From assembly GCA_045545055.1 (NCBI GenBank), contig JAZQAB010000092.1:1-57199 (forward strand): a stretch of DNA of 57,199 nucleotides, written 5' to 3'. The notes under the pieces are model-generated. The model did not search any database. It was not told where the DNA came from and saw only the letters and a list, made by a program, of their open reading frames with translations. Positions within the stretch are counted from its first letter, which is position 1. Each line of letters opens with the position of its first letter. Shown piece by piece: positions 18,957-29,770 of this stretch. The DNA is from Clostridia bacterium. Lineage in GTDB: Bacteria; Bacillota; Clostridia; UMGS1883. A program made the position numbers and the translations under genes.

Positions 18957-20333
18957 ATGAAAAAGCATCAAAGAATTACAAGCTTAATAATTGTTTTGAT
19001 ACTCTTGTTTTCGTGCATCGTGTATGCGGAAAATGAAAATAAAAAAGTGAATAATTCTTCGGAATCTAATGAGCAGGCCTCTGAAAAAAACACAATTGAG
19101 GCAAAGTCACCCCATGCTGTTTTGATGGACTTGAAAACAGGTGCGGTTATATATGAGAAAAACTCTAAGGACATGGTTTACCCGGCAGGCATTACCAATA
19201 TAATGACAGCAGTTCTTGTCCTTGAAAACTGTAATATGGAGGAGCTTGCTTCTGCAAGCGAAACGGCTCTTTCAAACGTCTCGCCCGGGGACAACAAAAT
19301 GGGGATTTTGAAGGAAGAGAAATTGTCGGTACGTCAGCTTGTTTACGGCATGCTACTGGAATCTGCCTCAGATGCATCAAACGTCCTTGCCGAAAAAACG
19401 GCAGGCAGTATAGAAGCCTTTGTTAATATGATGAATGTCAGAGCCAAGGAGCTTGGCATGGAGAATACAAGCTTTACAAATCCCACGGGAAACCATGATG
19501 ACAGGCATTATACAACGCCCATGGATATGGCAATTTTAGCAAAGCACGCCATGTCAATTCCCGAATTTTGCGATATTGTGAAATGCGATTCTTACACTAT
19601 TCCTCCTACGGAAAAGAATCCCAACTCCAGAAAGCTAACAAACAGAAATCATTTGGTAAGCAGACTTATACGAAACGATTATTATTACCCCAATGCTACC
19701 GGACTTAAAACAGGCTACAGTACAGAGGCGAAGAGCTGTGTAGCAGCATCGGCACAAAAAGGTACAATGTCACTTCTGGCACTGGTTTTTGAAGCAGACA
19801 CAAGCAATAATGTCCTTCAAAGCTACGATGACTGCAAAAAAATGTTTGATTTTGTGTTTTCAAATTATATATCACAAACCGTTGTCAGCGAGGGTGATAT
19901 AGTAGCACAAACCAATATTATAAACACAAGACGTGATAATAAGATTATTTTAACAGCAGAAAGACCGTTGTCCGTTATCAGGGAAAAGGATTCTGAGCCT
20001 GCGGAGATTACATATAAGGATTCTTTGAAAAAATCCGTAAGTGCTCCCGTGAAAAAAGGTGAAAAAATCGGAACGAGAGAGTATTTTGCAAACGGGCAGT
20101 CTATCGGCACACTTAATCTTTTGGCAGAGAAAAATTATAAGCTGGACCCCGTTACATTCTTTATAAATAAGCTTAAGGCATTTTTCACCTCGCCATGGCT
20201 TTATGTAGTTATAGTTTTACTGATTGCATTTTTTATTTTAGCGGAAAGAAGACGAAGGAGAATCCTTCGCAAAAAACGGCGTGATGCTCGTAAAAAAAGA
20301 AATATGGAACTGATTCACAGTATTAATAAATAA
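18957..20333 (+). CDS. S11 D-alanyl-D-alanine carboxypeptidase homologue with degenerate active site
   Basis: S11 fold motifs (FVNMMN.RAKELGM.NT.FTNPTG, GLKTGY, PBP5_C, C-terminal TM). SxxK reads GITN and SxN reads SAS. Confidence 0.85.
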   Translation: MKKHQRITSLIIVLILLFSCIVYAENENKKVNNSSESNEQASEKNTIEAKSPHAVLMDLKTGAVIYEKNSKDMVYPAGITNIMTAVLVLENCNMEELASASETALSNVSPGDNKMGILKEEKLSVRQLVYGMLLESASDASNVLAEKTAGSIEAFVNMMNVRAKELGMENTSFTNPTGNHDDRHYTTPMDMAILAKHAMSIPEFCDIVKCDSYTIPPTEKNPNSRKLTNRNHLVSRLIRNDYYYPNATGLKTGYSTEAKSCVAASAQKGTMSLLALVFEADTSNNVLQSYDDCKKMFDFVFSNYISQTVVSEGDIVAQTNIINTRRDNKIILTAERPLSVIREKDSEPAEITYKDSLKKSVSAPVKKGEKIGTREYFANGQSIGTLNLLAEKNYKLDPVTFFINKLKAFFTSPWLYVVIVLLIAFFILAERRRRRILRKKRRDARKKRNMELIHSINK

Positions 20334-20360
20334 AAAAACGGCTCAATCGAGCCGTTTTTT
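20332..20360. terminator. Bidirectional terminator
   Basis: AAAAAAACGGCTC-aatc-GAGCCGTTTTTT. Confidence 0.8.
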
Positions 20361-20447
20361 GCGTAGGAATTAGCATAATTTAATCGCGAGCACCATTGTC
20401 AAATTCAGATTAATCCGATACGCAACAAGGGTGAAGCGGTATGCTTC
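20356..20447. repeat. Single degenerate family-A repeat unit
   Basis: ...TTAATCGCGAGCA...GCAACAAGGGTGAAGCGGTATGCTTC. Confidence 0.7.
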
Positions 20448-20451
20448 AATT

Positions 20452-20985
20452 TCAATAATTTTCTTTTCTGATTTCAAAATATGCCTGAGGATGAGCACAT
20501 ACGGGGCAAACCTGGGGAGCTTTTTTACCCATTACAAGGTGACCGCAGTTTCTGCATTCCCAGATTGATTCCTCTGCCTTTTCAAATACCTTCTGCATTT
20601 CCACGTTGCTCAGAAGTGCACGGTATCTTTCCTCGTGTGTCTTTTCAATTGCGGCAACGGCACGAAACTGTGCTGCAAGAGCTGTGAAGCCTTCTTCCTC
20701 AGCTTCTTCAGCAAAGGTCTTATACATATCTGTCCATTCGTAGTTTTCGCCCTCTGCCGCTGCAAGGAGGTTTTCCTTTGTGCCGCCGAGAAGCTCAAGA
20801 GCCTTGAACCAAAGCTTTGCATGCTCTTTTTCGTTATTTGCAGTTTCTTCAAAGATTGCGGCTATCTGCTGGTAGCCTTCTTTCTTTGCCACAGATGCAA
20901 AATAAGTGTACTTGTTTCTTGCCTGTGATTCGCCTGCAAATGCGGCAAGAAGATTTTTTTCTGTTTTTGTTCCTTCAAATTTCAT
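20452..20985 (-). CDS. rbr: Rubrerythrin
   Basis: [22 protein letters not shown]...CPVC rubredoxin domain. Confidence 0.95.
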   Translation of the reverse strand: MKFEGTKTEKNLLAAFAGESQARNKYTYFASVAKKEGYQQIAAIFEETANNEKEHAKLWFKALELLGGTKENLLAAAEGENYEWTDMYKTFAEEAEEEGFTALAAQFRAVAAIEKTHEERYRALLSNVEMQKVFEKAEESIWECRNCGHLVMGKKAPQVCPVCAHPQAYFEIRKENY

Positions 20986-21048
20986 TTAAAACACCTCATT
21001 TAATATTATTTTTTTTAAATGTAAAATTATTCATTTTACATAATAAAA

Positions 21049-21642
21049 TCATTTTTTTATGTCACAAACCTCATAAATAGCTTCCCAGATATCCTCGCTT
21101 CCCATACCTGTTTCCGCACTGAAAGGCATCATGATGTCATCATCTTCCAGCTCCAGTGTATAATAGATTTCATCAAGATGCTCATTTAGCTTTGTTTTTG
21201 CAATCTTGTCACACTTGGTGGCAACCACAAAGGCGAAGCCGTGCCTTTCGCGAATGTAATTAAGCATAATCAAATCGTCGTTTGTCGGCTTATGCCTTGC
21301 ATCAACGAGAAGAACAGTGCAGGCAAGCGTTTCACGGCTGTCAAGATATGTTTCAATCATATTTCCCCACTTTTTCTTTTCGTCCTTGCTTACCTTTGCG
21401 TAGCCGTAACCGGGCAAATCAACAAAATTTAACGTATCGTCAATGTTGTAAAAATTAATCGTTGCAGTCTTTCCGGGCTTTGAACTTGTTCTGGCAAGGC
21501 TTTTGCGATTAAGCATCTTATTAATGAATGAACTTTTTCCCACATTGCTTCTGCCTGCAAACGCAATATCGGGAAATTGGGTATCGGGATATTGCTTGGG
21601 CGAAACTGCTGATATTGTAAGGCTTACATTATGAATATTCAT
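21049..21642 (-). CDS. engB: Ribosome biogenesis GTPase YihA/YsxC
   Basis: [19 protein letters not shown]. Downstream of lon. Confidence 0.96.
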   Translation of the reverse strand: MNIHNVSLTISAVSPKQYPDTQFPDIAFAGRSNVGKSSFINKMLNRKSLARTSSKPGKTATINFYNIDDTLNFVDLPGYGYAKVSKDEKKKWGNMIETYLDSRETLACTVLLVDARHKPTNDDLIMLNYIRERHGFAFVVATKCDKIAKTKLNEHLDEIYYTLELEDDDIMMPFSAETGMGSEDIWEAIYEVCDIKK

Positions 21643-24013
21643 GTGTCATGCCCCTTTCTTTCCTGAGCGGCGGAGAAGCCTCTTTGACCGTTTTCGCATT
21701 TGTTTTATTAAGCATAGCAAGCTTTAAAACCTCATCACAGCTTTTAACAGGGATAAAATTAATCTCACTGCGAATATGGGGAGGAATTTCTTCAATATCT
21801 TTAGTATTATCATGCGGAATAACTATATTAGTAATTTTATTTCGATATGCCGCAAGTGCTTTTTCCTTAAGCCCACCGATGGGGAGAACTCTGCCTGTAA
21901 GGGATATTTCGCCTGTCATGGCAATATCACTGCGTACCGGTATGCCCGAAAGAGCACTTGCTACGGCAGTTGCTATTGTGATACCTGCACTGGGGCCGTC
22001 CTTCGGAACTGCACCCTCCGGGAAATGGATATGTATATCCCTTTTTTCATAGAAGTCACTTTGTATGCTCAAAGTATCCGAAATGGACCGAATGAAAGAA
22101 ACCGCCGCCTGAGCTGACTCTTTCATTACGTCGCCAAGCTTACCCGTAATCTGAATTTTTCCGCTTCCGGGAAGAGAAATTGCTTCACACTGCAGTAGTT
22201 CGCCGCCCACCTGCGTCCATGCAAGTCCGTTAACCACACCTATAGCAGGCTTTGTGTCTACTGCATTTTCTATATATTTTTTCTCACCTATAAAATCGGA
22301 CAGATTCTTTTCGGTTACTGATACACAGCCCTCATTTTTGGTCTGTGCCATAATAGCTTTTCTGCAAATCTTTTCAATTTCACGTTCAAGCTTTCTTACT
22401 CCCGATTCCTTTGTATAGCATTCAATTATAGTCTTTATGGCTTTGTCGGAAAGCTTAAGGTCTTTTTTATCCAGACAGTGTCTTTGCATCTGCTTGGGAA
22501 GAAGATGAAGCTTTGCTATGTTAAATTTCTCATCGTCTGTATAACTTGAAAGCTCCAATACCTCCATTCTGTCAAGAAGCGGTCGGGGGATTGTAGAGGT
22601 ATCGTTGGCAGTTGCAATAAAAAGAACCTTTGATAAATCAAGCCCCAATTCAAGATAGTTATCTCTGAACGATGAATTTTGCTCCCTGTCCAAAATTTCC
22701 AGAAGGGCAGAGGAGGGGTCTCCTTTGTAATCGGAGCCGACCTTATCAATTTCATCGAGTAGAATCAATGGATTTGAGGATTTTGCTTTCTTAAGAGCAT
22801 TTACGATTCTTCCGGGCATTGCACCCACATAGGTTTTTCTGTGTCCCCGAAGCTCGGATTCGTCCTTCATTCCGCCGAGGCTGATTCGTACATAGCTCCG
22901 ACCGGTAGCTTCTGCGATTGATTTTGCAATTGAGGTTTTTCCCACACCCGGTGCTCCGTGAAGGCAAAGTATACTTCCCGTGGGGTTCCCTGTGCGGTTG
23001 ATAACGGCAAGCTGCTCAAGAACCCTTTCCTTTACTTTCTCCATTCCGTAGTGGTCACGCTCAAGAATTTTTTTTGCACAGTCAAGGTCCTTATTTTCTT
23101 CAGTATAAGTTTCCCAAGGCAAGTCGCAGATAAGCTCTAAATAATTCCTTGAAATACTGCTTTCCGGAGATGCAGGAGGTAGCTTTTCGTAATTATTAAG
23201 CTCACGCATTGCCTTTTGGTACACTTCTTCGGGAAGAGGGGTGCTTTCAATACGGCTTCTAAGCTCCGAGACCTCGTCCTCCTTATCATCGCCAAGCTCC
23301 TCTCTTATTGCACGAAGCTGTTCGCGAAGATAATACTCGTGATTATGGTCGTCCATCTGCTCTTTAACCTTTGCGGCAATAATGCTTTCTACATCAAGGA
23401 TTTTAACCTCTTTTGTCATAATGTCAATCAGTTTAAGAAGCCTCTTTTTAACATTTGTGGTCTGAAGAAGCTCCTGTTTATCCTCGTTACCGCGAATCAG
23501 ATTAAAGGCAATGGTATCGCAAAAATCCGACGGGCTTGATTCGGGCAAATCCTTTAGAAAGCTTTCCGTAGAAAGCTTTGGATTAAGCTCGATATAATCA
23601 TTAATCAGATAGTGTATCTGATTGAGAAATGCTGAATATTCTTCTATTGATAAATCCCTGTCGGAGGAGTTTTTATATACAACACAGCCCTCATAGAGAT
23701 TTTCGCAAACAAAAGAACCGTTAAGCTTTCCTCGTGCCTCGCCCTCAACAAGGATTCTGAGACAACCGTCGGGAAGCTTTAGAATTTGCTTTATTTTTGC
23801 AATTGTACCGAAGGCGTTTACGTCACTTTCGGTGGGTTCTTCAATTGCATCATTTTTCTGCGTGGCAAGGAAAATCAGCCCGTTTGATGAAACCGCTTTG
23901 AGCACTGCATTTTTACTTTTTTCTCTTGCTACGTCAAAGTGAAACACCGTTTTCGGGAAAATCACAAATCCACGCACGGGAATAATAGGTAATATTTCTT
24001 TTTTTGTTGCCAT
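21629..24013 (-). CDS. lon: ATP-dependent protease La
   Basis: [29 protein letters not shown]. Confidence 0.96.
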   Translation of the reverse strand: MATKKEILPIIPVRGFVIFPKTVFHFDVAREKSKNAVLKAVSSNGLIFLATQKNDAIEEPTESDVNAFGTIAKIKQILKLPDGCLRILVEGEARGKLNGSFVCENLYEGCVVYKNSSDRDLSIEEYSAFLNQIHYLINDYIELNPKLSTESFLKDLPESSPSDFCDTIAFNLIRGNEDKQELLQTTNVKKRLLKLIDIMTKEVKILDVESIIAAKVKEQMDDHNHEYYLREQLRAIREELGDDKEDEVSELRSRIESTPLPEEVYQKAMRELNNYEKLPPASPESSISRNYLELICDLPWETYTEENKDLDCAKKILERDHYGMEKVKERVLEQLAVINRTGNPTGSILCLHGAPGVGKTSIAKSIAEATGRSYVRISLGGMKDESELRGHRKTYVGAMPGRIVNALKKAKSSNPLILLDEIDKVGSDYKGDPSSALLEILDREQNSSFRDNYLELGLDLSKVLFIATANDTSTIPRPLLDRMEVLELSSYTDDEKFNIAKLHLLPKQMQRHCLDKKDLKLSDKAIKTIIECYTKESGVRKLEREIEKICRKAIMAQTKNEGCVSVTEKNLSDFIGEKKYIENAVDTKPAIGVVNGLAWTQVGGELLQCEAISLPGSGKIQITGKLGDVMKESAQAAVSFIRSISDTLSIQSDFYEKRDIHIHFPEGAVPKDGPSAGITIATAVASALSGIPVRSDIAMTGEISLTGRVLPIGGLKEKALAAYRNKITNIVIPHDNTKDIEEIPPHIRSEINFIPVKSCDEVLKLAMLNKTNAKTVKEASPPLRKERGMTHEYS

Positions 24014-24023
24014 AATAAAGTCC

Positions 24024-25430
24024 TTACTTAATTGTTTTTATATAATTTTCGTAATCGGTAGTATGCTCTACCTTTGCATTTTCAATTATTTTATTAAGCT
24101 CCTCCTGTGCGGCATTCTGAGCCAGAAGGCTTTTAAAATATGCCATAGCGTTATCAAGCTCTTTCTCATTTAATGGCATACGCATAATAATATGGTAGCC
24201 GTAATCGGTTTTAACGGGTGCTTTTGTAAGCTCGTTTTCTTTTAATTCAAATGCTGCTTTCTCAAAAGGCTCTACCATTTCGCCCTTGGTAAAGGTGTAA
24301 CCCTCCTCGGTGGCACCGGGGTCAGTATTATGCTCCTTCATAAGTGTATCAAAGCTTTCGCCCTTTTCAATACGGGAAATAAGCTCCTTTGCAAGTGCTT
24401 CATCATCAACAAGAATATGCTTTGCGGTAATGTAGCTTGTGCGGAACATTTTTTCGTATTCGGAAACGTCATAATCTTTCTTTGCCGCATCCTCCTGAAT
24501 TGATTGTGTGGTTATTACGTAAACAAGGAATTTATTTACAAAATCCTGAAATTCTTCTTTGCTTATAATCCCTGCTTCAATAGCTTTATCGGCATTGTAC
24601 TGCTTAGCTAATTCCTGCTCCAGATAGCTTGACAGTTCACCTTGGAGGTTTTTAAATTCCTCATTAAATGTTATATTAATTTTCTCCGCATAGGCACACA
24701 AGGTATAAATCTGCATAAGGGTGTTTTCAATTTCGCTTGTAAGAAGCTGTGCGGCAGGAACAGAATCAATGGTGAGAGTTTGCAAGGTGCCGTCGGAAGT
24801 GTAATTATCACAAACCTCTTTCATAAACTCATCCGTTGTAAAATTATAAAGAAGCAAATTGAAAAGACCGCCTTTTACCTCTTTTGATTCAACCTTAATC
24901 AATGCTTTGTCGGCAAAGGCTTTTAAAGTATCAAGGTCAACCTTATAAAAATCCCCTGTTATATAAACGGTTCTCGTTTCTCCGTCCCAATCTATCTTTT
25001 TACCCAGTGCCTCAGTAATCGCACGAACGGGAACATAGGTAGTGCCATCAATAAGGAACGGATTTACAATTTTTCCGTTAACATCCTTAGGCTCTATTAA
25101 GGTGCCGTTTATCACAATCTTAATAAAATCGGAGCCTTCAAATGCCACAGTTGGCTTTTCCCCGATGTAAACGATGCGGTTTATGCCGTCCCAATCCACC
25201 TGCTGTCCCAATGCTTCGGACACTGCACGGACGGGAAGATAGGTTGTTCCCTCAGAGAGAAACGGGTGTACGACTTTACCGTTAACATCCTTGGGAGTGA
25301 GCTTTTCACCATCTATCACGATCTGAATTTCCGTGTTGATATTTTCCTCGGGCTTCACATCTTCTGCAAAAACGGCAGATGTGAAAAGCATGATTAAGCC
25401 TGTAAGTAAGGCTAATGATTTTTTTAACAT
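24024..25430 (-). CDS. Secreted PpiC-type peptidylprolyl isomerase with two copper amine oxidase N-terminal-like domains
   Basis: Signal peptide, two GTTY(L/V)PVRA..EALG repeats, [25 protein letters not shown]. Confidence 0.85.
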   Translation of the reverse strand: MLKKSLALLTGLIMLFTSAVFAEDVKPEENINTEIQIVIDGEKLTPKDVNGKVVHPFLSEGTTYLPVRAVSEALGQQVDWDGINRIVYIGEKPTVAFEGSDFIKIVINGTLIEPKDVNGKIVNPFLIDGTTYVPVRAITEALGKKIDWDGETRTVYITGDFYKVDLDTLKAFADKALIKVESKEVKGGLFNLLLYNFTTDEFMKEVCDNYTSDGTLQTLTIDSVPAAQLLTSEIENTLMQIYTLCAYAEKINITFNEEFKNLQGELSSYLEQELAKQYNADKAIEAGIISKEEFQDFVNKFLVYVITTQSIQEDAAKKDYDVSEYEKMFRTSYITAKHILVDDEALAKELISRIEKGESFDTLMKEHNTDPGATEEGYTFTKGEMVEPFEKAAFELKENELTKAPVKTDYGYHIIMRMPLNEKELDNAMAYFKSLLAQNAAQEELNKIIENAKVEHTTDYENYIKTIK

Positions 25431-25612
25431 AACTTACACCTCTTATTTATATTTCTTAACTACTATATAATAACATACCTACGCCCAAATTGCAACAGTG
25501 CAAAAATGAAAAACAAGTAAAAAAATGTCGGAATTTACAAATAATTAACAGATTATCTGTTGACCGTACATACAAAATTTGGTATATTATTATTGTAAAG
25601 GAGGAATCTATC

Positions 25613-25861
25613 ATGAAAGAGACAGGTATTGTCAGAAAGGTTGACGAGCTCGGAAGAATCGTGCTTCCCATTGAACTGAGGCGTACTTTGGACATTGCAA
25701 TTCGTGACCCTCTTGAAATCTACGTCGAGGGAGAGAATATTATCTTAAGAAAATACAATCCGTCCTGCATTTTCTGCGGTGCTAAGGAGAACATCTTCGT
25801 ATATCAGGGAAAGAATGTTTGCGGAAATTGTATTGATGACATTAAAAAAACTGTAATTTGA
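25613..25861 (+). CDS. abrB: AbrB-family transition-state regulator
   Basis: MKETGIVRKVDELGRIVLPIELRRTL with C-terminal CIFCG...C..C. AAGGAGG RBS. Confidence 0.88.
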   Translation: MKETGIVRKVDELGRIVLPIELRRTLDIAIRDPLEIYVEGENIILRKYNPSCIFCGAKENIFVYQGKNVCGNCIDDIKKTVI

Positions 25862-25862
25862 C

Positions 25863-25891
25863 TTGAAAACAAAGTCATATAGTGCTATAAT
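25863..25891 (+). promoter_or_regulatory. SigA-type promoter for the ACT-DUF711 operon
   Basis: TTGAAA-17-TATAAT with TGn extension. Confidence 0.65.
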
Positions 25892-25920
25892 GATACTCAT
25901 TAAATCGCTATATGGCTTCG

Positions 25921-26100
25921 TTTTTTGCCGTATGTAAAATTAAGACGCGTGCAACTATGTGTGCACCAAGCAGGTGTGCGACGAGGGTGAAGCGGCACGC
26001 TTCTTTCTAAACGTATAGAAAATTGCGTAGCTTTATCGCGAGCAGAATTTGTTGGTTTTAAATTTTGTCAGAACGCGAAAAGGGTGAAGCGGCACGCTTC
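25921..26100. repeat. Two tandem family-A repeat units in a predicted 5' UTR
   Basis: Both end in AGGGTGAAGCGGCACGCTTC-TTTCTAA and share CGTAT(AGAAAATTGC)GTA at the left end. Confidence 0.85.
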
Positions 26101-26119
26101 TTTCTAAGGGGGAATTATT

Positions 26120-26389
26120 TTGAAATCGGTTATCACTGTTATGGGTAAGGACAGCGTAGGAATTATAGCAAAGGTAAGTGCACTTCTTGCCAAAAATGAA
26201 ATTAATATAATTGATATTTCACAAACTACATATGAAAATCAGTTTTTAATGGTAATGATTGTGGATATGAAAAATTCCAATATATCATTTGCACAAACGG
26301 TAAATGACTTAAAGGCTTTGGGCGAGGAGCTTGGGCAGAAAATTCAGGTTCGTAATAAAAAAGTCTTTGATTCAATGCACAGAATATAA
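26120..26389 (+). CDS. ACT domain protein (UPF0237)
   Basis: VITVMGKDSVGIIAKVS...NIIDISQT...FDSMHRI. Confidence 0.9.
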   Translation: MKSVITVMGKDSVGIIAKVSALLAKNEINIIDISQTTYENQFLMVMIVDMKNSNISFAQTVNDLKALGEELGQKIQVRNKKVFDSMHRI

Positions 26390-26401
26390 GGGGGTAGCGT
26401 A

Positions 26402-27754
26402 ATGATAGATCCTTTTGAAATAATGGAAACCATAAATATGGTTGATAACGAACATCTTGATATAAGGACAATCACCATGGGAATTTCACTTCTTGACTGT
26501 ATCGGTCAGGATTCGGATATTGCTTCACAGAAGGTTTATGATAAGGTAACACGCCTTGCACAAAACCTTGTCCCCGTAGGTGAACAGCTTGAAAGAGAGT
26601 TGGGTATACCGATTATAAATAAAAGAATTTCGGTGACTCCTATTTCAATTGTAGGCTCTGCCTGCGGCGACTATGTTAAGTTTGCAAAAGCTCTTGACCG
26701 TGCTGCAGATGCCACGGGCGTTAATTTCATCGGAGGTTATTCCGCATTGGTACAGAAGGGGTATACCAAAGGAGAATATGATTTTATTGAAACCATTCCC
26801 GAAGCTCTTTGCACCACAAACAAGATTTGCTCCAGTGTAAATGTAGGCTCAACCAAGGCAGGTATTTCCATGGATGCCGTGGCACATATGGGAAGAATCA
26901 TTAAAAGAACAGCGGAGCTTTCAAAGGACCGTGACGGCTTCGGCTGTGCAAAGCTTGTTGTGTTTGCAAATGCTGTTGAGGATAACCCCTTTATGGCAGG
27001 TGCATTTCATGGAACGGGCGAGGGCGAATGTGTAATTAACGTTGGCGTAAGCGGCCCCGGAGTTGTAAAGAAGGCACTTGAAAAGGTAAAGGGTGCAGAT
27101 TTTGGGGTTGTGGCAGATACTATTAAAAAGACTGCATTTAAGATAACACGCATGGGCCAGCTTGTTGCAGGTGAAGCGGCAAAGAGGCTCGGTGCACAGT
27201 CGGGAATTGTTGACCTTTCCTTAGCACCTACTCCGGCAATTGGTGACAGTGTTGCACATATTCTTGAGGAAATGGGCGTTGAGAAATGCGGTGCACCGGG
27301 AACTACTGCGGCTCTTGCATTGCTTAACGATGCAGTGAAAAAGGGCGGTGTAATGGCATCCTCATATGTAGGCGGTCTCAGCGGTGCATTTATTCCTGTC
27401 AGCGAGGATGCAGGTATGATTGATGCGGTGAAATGCGGAGCACTTTCTCTTGAAAAGCTTGAAGCGATGACCTGCGTTTGCTCTGTTGGTATTGATATGG
27501 TTGTTGTCCCCGGAGATACCTCGGCGGAAACCATATCGGGAATTTTAGCAGACGAGGTTGCAATCGGTGTTATAAATACCAAAACAACGGCACTCAGAAT
27601 TATTCCGGCACCCGGAAAAAAGGTGGGGGACACCGTGGAATTTGGCGGACTTTTAGGCACAGGCCCCGTAATGCCTGTAAACCCCTACGGCTGCACCGAT
27701 TTCATCAGCCGTGGCGGAAGAATCCCTGCACCGATGCACAGCTTGAAGAATTAA
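26402..27754 (+). CDS. DUF711 / UPF0210 PFL-family protein
   Basis: [53 protein letters not shown]. Confidence 0.92.
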   Translation: MIDPFEIMETINMVDNEHLDIRTITMGISLLDCIGQDSDIASQKVYDKVTRLAQNLVPVGEQLERELGIPIINKRISVTPISIVGSACGDYVKFAKALDRAADATGVNFIGGYSALVQKGYTKGEYDFIETIPEALCTTNKICSSVNVGSTKAGISMDAVAHMGRIIKRTAELSKDRDGFGCAKLVVFANAVEDNPFMAGAFHGTGEGECVINVGVSGPGVVKKALEKVKGADFGVVADTIKKTAFKITRMGQLVAGEAAKRLGAQSGIVDLSLAPTPAIGDSVAHILEEMGVEKCGAPGTTAALALLNDAVKKGGVMASSYVGGLSGAFIPVSEDAGMIDAVKCGALSLEKLEAMTCVCSVGIDMVVVPGDTSAETISGILADEVAIGVINTKTTALRIIPAPGKKVGDTVEFGGLLGTGPVMPVNPYGCTDFISRGGRIPAPMHSLKN

Positions 27755-27773
27755 ATATAAGTATTCATATAGT

Positions 27774-27816
27774 AAAAAGGAGGCGTGTCGACTCAATATC
27801 GACACGCCTCCTTTTT
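27774..27816 (+). terminator. Rho-independent terminator
   Basis: AAAAAGGAGGCGTGTCGA...TCGACACGCCTCCTTTTT. Confidence 0.8.
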
Positions 27817-27825
27817 GAAAGTTGA

Positions 27826-27868
27826 AAAATGCGACACATTGGGGACAGTCCCCAATGTGTGTCATTTT
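27826..27868. repeat. GGGGAC-core palindrome
   Basis: ACACATTGGGGAC-A-GTCCCCAATGTGT perfect inverted repeat. Confidence 0.7.
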
Positions 27869-27999
27869 CGTTTTAATCATCGGCAAAAATGAACTATCGT
27901 GCACCTTTTGCGTACTGTCAACGGGTTTACCAATGGCGATATTTCGTAGTATAATCAAAATGTCAGCGGATTTAAAAATGTGCAATTTAGTTCACCGCT

Positions 28000-28267
28000 G
28001 TAGGGCGGAGGATTGATTCTGCCTTTTGAGGGGTTCAATATACGAAGCGGTTGGAGCAAGCCCCAACCCTACAACGTTTAGCATGGCGTATGTTAATGAA
28101 ATTTCCCTTTTTGGTGACCGTAGGGACAGGCGTCCTCGACTGTCCGCAAAATGTGCCATGCGAAAATCCACCACAATTTTCAATTTTTCTGTGGTTTCTG
28201 CAAATAACAACCCGTAGGGGTGGATATTATCCGCCCGAAAATCGGGGCATTCGTGAATGCCCCCTAC
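28000..28267. repeat. Cluster of five GTAG-type REP elements
   Basis: GTAGGGCGGAG..TTCTGCC (28000, +); GTAGGGTTGGGGC..GCTCCAACC (28072, -); GTAGGGACAG..CTGTCCG (28120, +); GTAGGGGTGGATATTATCCGCCCG (28214, +); GTAGGGGGCATTCACGAATGCCCCG (28267, -). Confidence 0.8.
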
Positions 28268-28323
28268 AACGCTCAACATGACATATAATTAACGAAAAAA
28301 TCCGTTTACGGATTTTCACCAAC

Positions 28324-28355
28324 ATTTCGAATTTCGAACTTCGAATTTCGCATTT
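28324..28355. repeat. Heptamer tandem repeat (ATTTCGA)x4
   Basis: ATTTCGA ATTTCGA ACTTCGA ATTTCGC ATTT. Confidence 0.75.
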
Positions 28356-28419
28356 AACCATGGGATTAATTAAATTAAATTACAATATACAAATCTAAAA
28401 AAGAAAGGAAAGAAAATGA

Positions 28420-29568
28420 ATGCTTAAAAAACTTTTAACCCTCAGCCTGGTGGCTGTAATGTTTTCTACAGTAGCACTCGCTGCACCCGGTGTTTCGGAA
28501 CAGCTTATAACAGCTGCTTATGCAGAGGAAGCTGTAACCGAAGTTACCGCAAGTGATTTTGAAGCAATTATTGCTGAAAGAGATACTACAGGAAATGTAA
28601 CATTGACACGTAGAGATACAGAAACCACAGAATTGAGATTGTACAAAGATTATGTCGCAAATAGTTCTGCTTCAAACGTGGAGGGTGCTGACACTTGGTT
28701 ATACTTTAAATATGACATCTCTGATCTGAAAACTTTAGACAAAATTAACTCCGTGGCACTTTCAATCGGATTTAACTGGAATAATAACAAGGGTGAATTA
28801 TATGTTAAGTCCCTTGATGAAAGTGTGTGGGCTAATGCTATTGAGGCTTTTAATGGTGCATCTAAAGTGACAGTTGAGTCTGAGACAGCAGCTACCAAAT
28901 ATCTATTTCCCATAGATGATACCAGTGCGGAACAATTAGGTTGGGTTGATAGAGATTATAGAAATGCTTCGGGAAATGATTTGTCCTACAAATTTTTGGA
29001 TTATCAATATGTGCAGAAATATTATTGGAAAACCAGCAGTGCTAGTGGATGGATTGACGCTACTATAAAAGGCGGCGACTTAGTGAAATATGTGAGTGAT
29101 GCTATTGCTGCTGGTAAAGATTCACTTTATTTTTCTGTAGCATATGACAGTGAAGCAGTTGCCAAAAGCAGATACGGAAGCTATAGATTTGGTTCTTCCT
29201 ATAACTATGTAAAGGCTTCAAACGATGTTATGGTTGTGTATAACAATAATAATGGTGAAAAATTCAATCATCCGGTTAATTCTCTGACAACAGACTTCAC
29301 ATATTCTGCACTTGTTGCACCTGCAGGTACAAAGGTTAGATTGCTTTGTGCAGTCTATGGTGAAGGTGGTACACTTTTGGGGGTAGAAGCAAGCGGTGTG
29401 CTTACCGCAGGAACAGATGTAACATCTCTTAGTGTTCCGCTTGCAACAAATGCAAAATATGCTACTGCTAAAAGCGTGAAATGCTTCCTTTGGGACGGGG
29501 AAACTCTCAGACCTTACACAGACGATTTCTTAGAAAAGACTGTAGAAATCCCTGCCGCTGCAGAGTAA
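28420..29568 (+). CDS. Secreted protein of unknown function, possible DNRLRE/CBM96-like beta domain
   Basis: Signal peptide ending ALA, YFKYDISDL...INSVALSI, C-terminal AVY.E.G.L...VKCFLWDG..LRP. GAAAGGA RBS. Confidence 0.65.
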   Translation: MLKKLLTLSLVAVMFSTVALAAPGVSEQLITAAYAEEAVTEVTASDFEAIIAERDTTGNVTLTRRDTETTELRLYKDYVANSSASNVEGADTWLYFKYDISDLKTLDKINSVALSIGFNWNNNKGELYVKSLDESVWANAIEAFNGASKVTVESETAATKYLFPIDDTSAEQLGWVDRDYRNASGNDLSYKFLDYQYVQKYYWKTSSASGWIDATIKGGDLVKYVSDAIAAGKDSLYFSVAYDSEAVAKSRYGSYRFGSSYNYVKASNDVMVVYNNNNGEKFNHPVNSLTTDFTYSALVAPAGTKVRLLCAVYGEGGTLLGVEASGVLTAGTDVTSLSVPLATNAKYATAKSVKCFLWDGETLRPYTDDFLEKTVEIPAAAE

Positions 29569-29636
29569 AACAAAAAAACAAAAACCACAAAAACCACACT
29601 CACGTGTGGTTTTTGTTTTGCCATAACAGATTGTGG

Positions 29637-29765
29637 AACAGATTGAGGACGGGGCAGTTTTTGTTACATTTTTGGTAGACAAGGGGACGGTTCTGTTGTC
29701 TGTCTACATAAAAAATTTATCATGTTTAAGCACAAAAGCACGGCATCAGCCGTGCTTTTGTGCTT
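29637..29765. repeat. Cassette-boundary repeat R1 (two GGAC-loop hairpins plus terminator)
   Basis: AACAGATTGAGGACGGGGCAGTTTTTGTTACATTTTTGGTAGACAAGGGGACGGTTCTGTTGTCTGTCTAC...AAAAGCACGGC..GCCGTGCTTTTGTGCT. Near-identical copy at 30350. Confidence 0.9.
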
Positions 29766-29770
29766 AAACA

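Noticed and set aside
25525-25532. Spo0A box upstream of abrB
   Set aside because: Single mismatched heptamer (TGTCGGA). Too weak to support.
27653-28281. Several short overlapping ORFs
   Set aside because: They lie over the terminator and REP palindromes and show no coding features.
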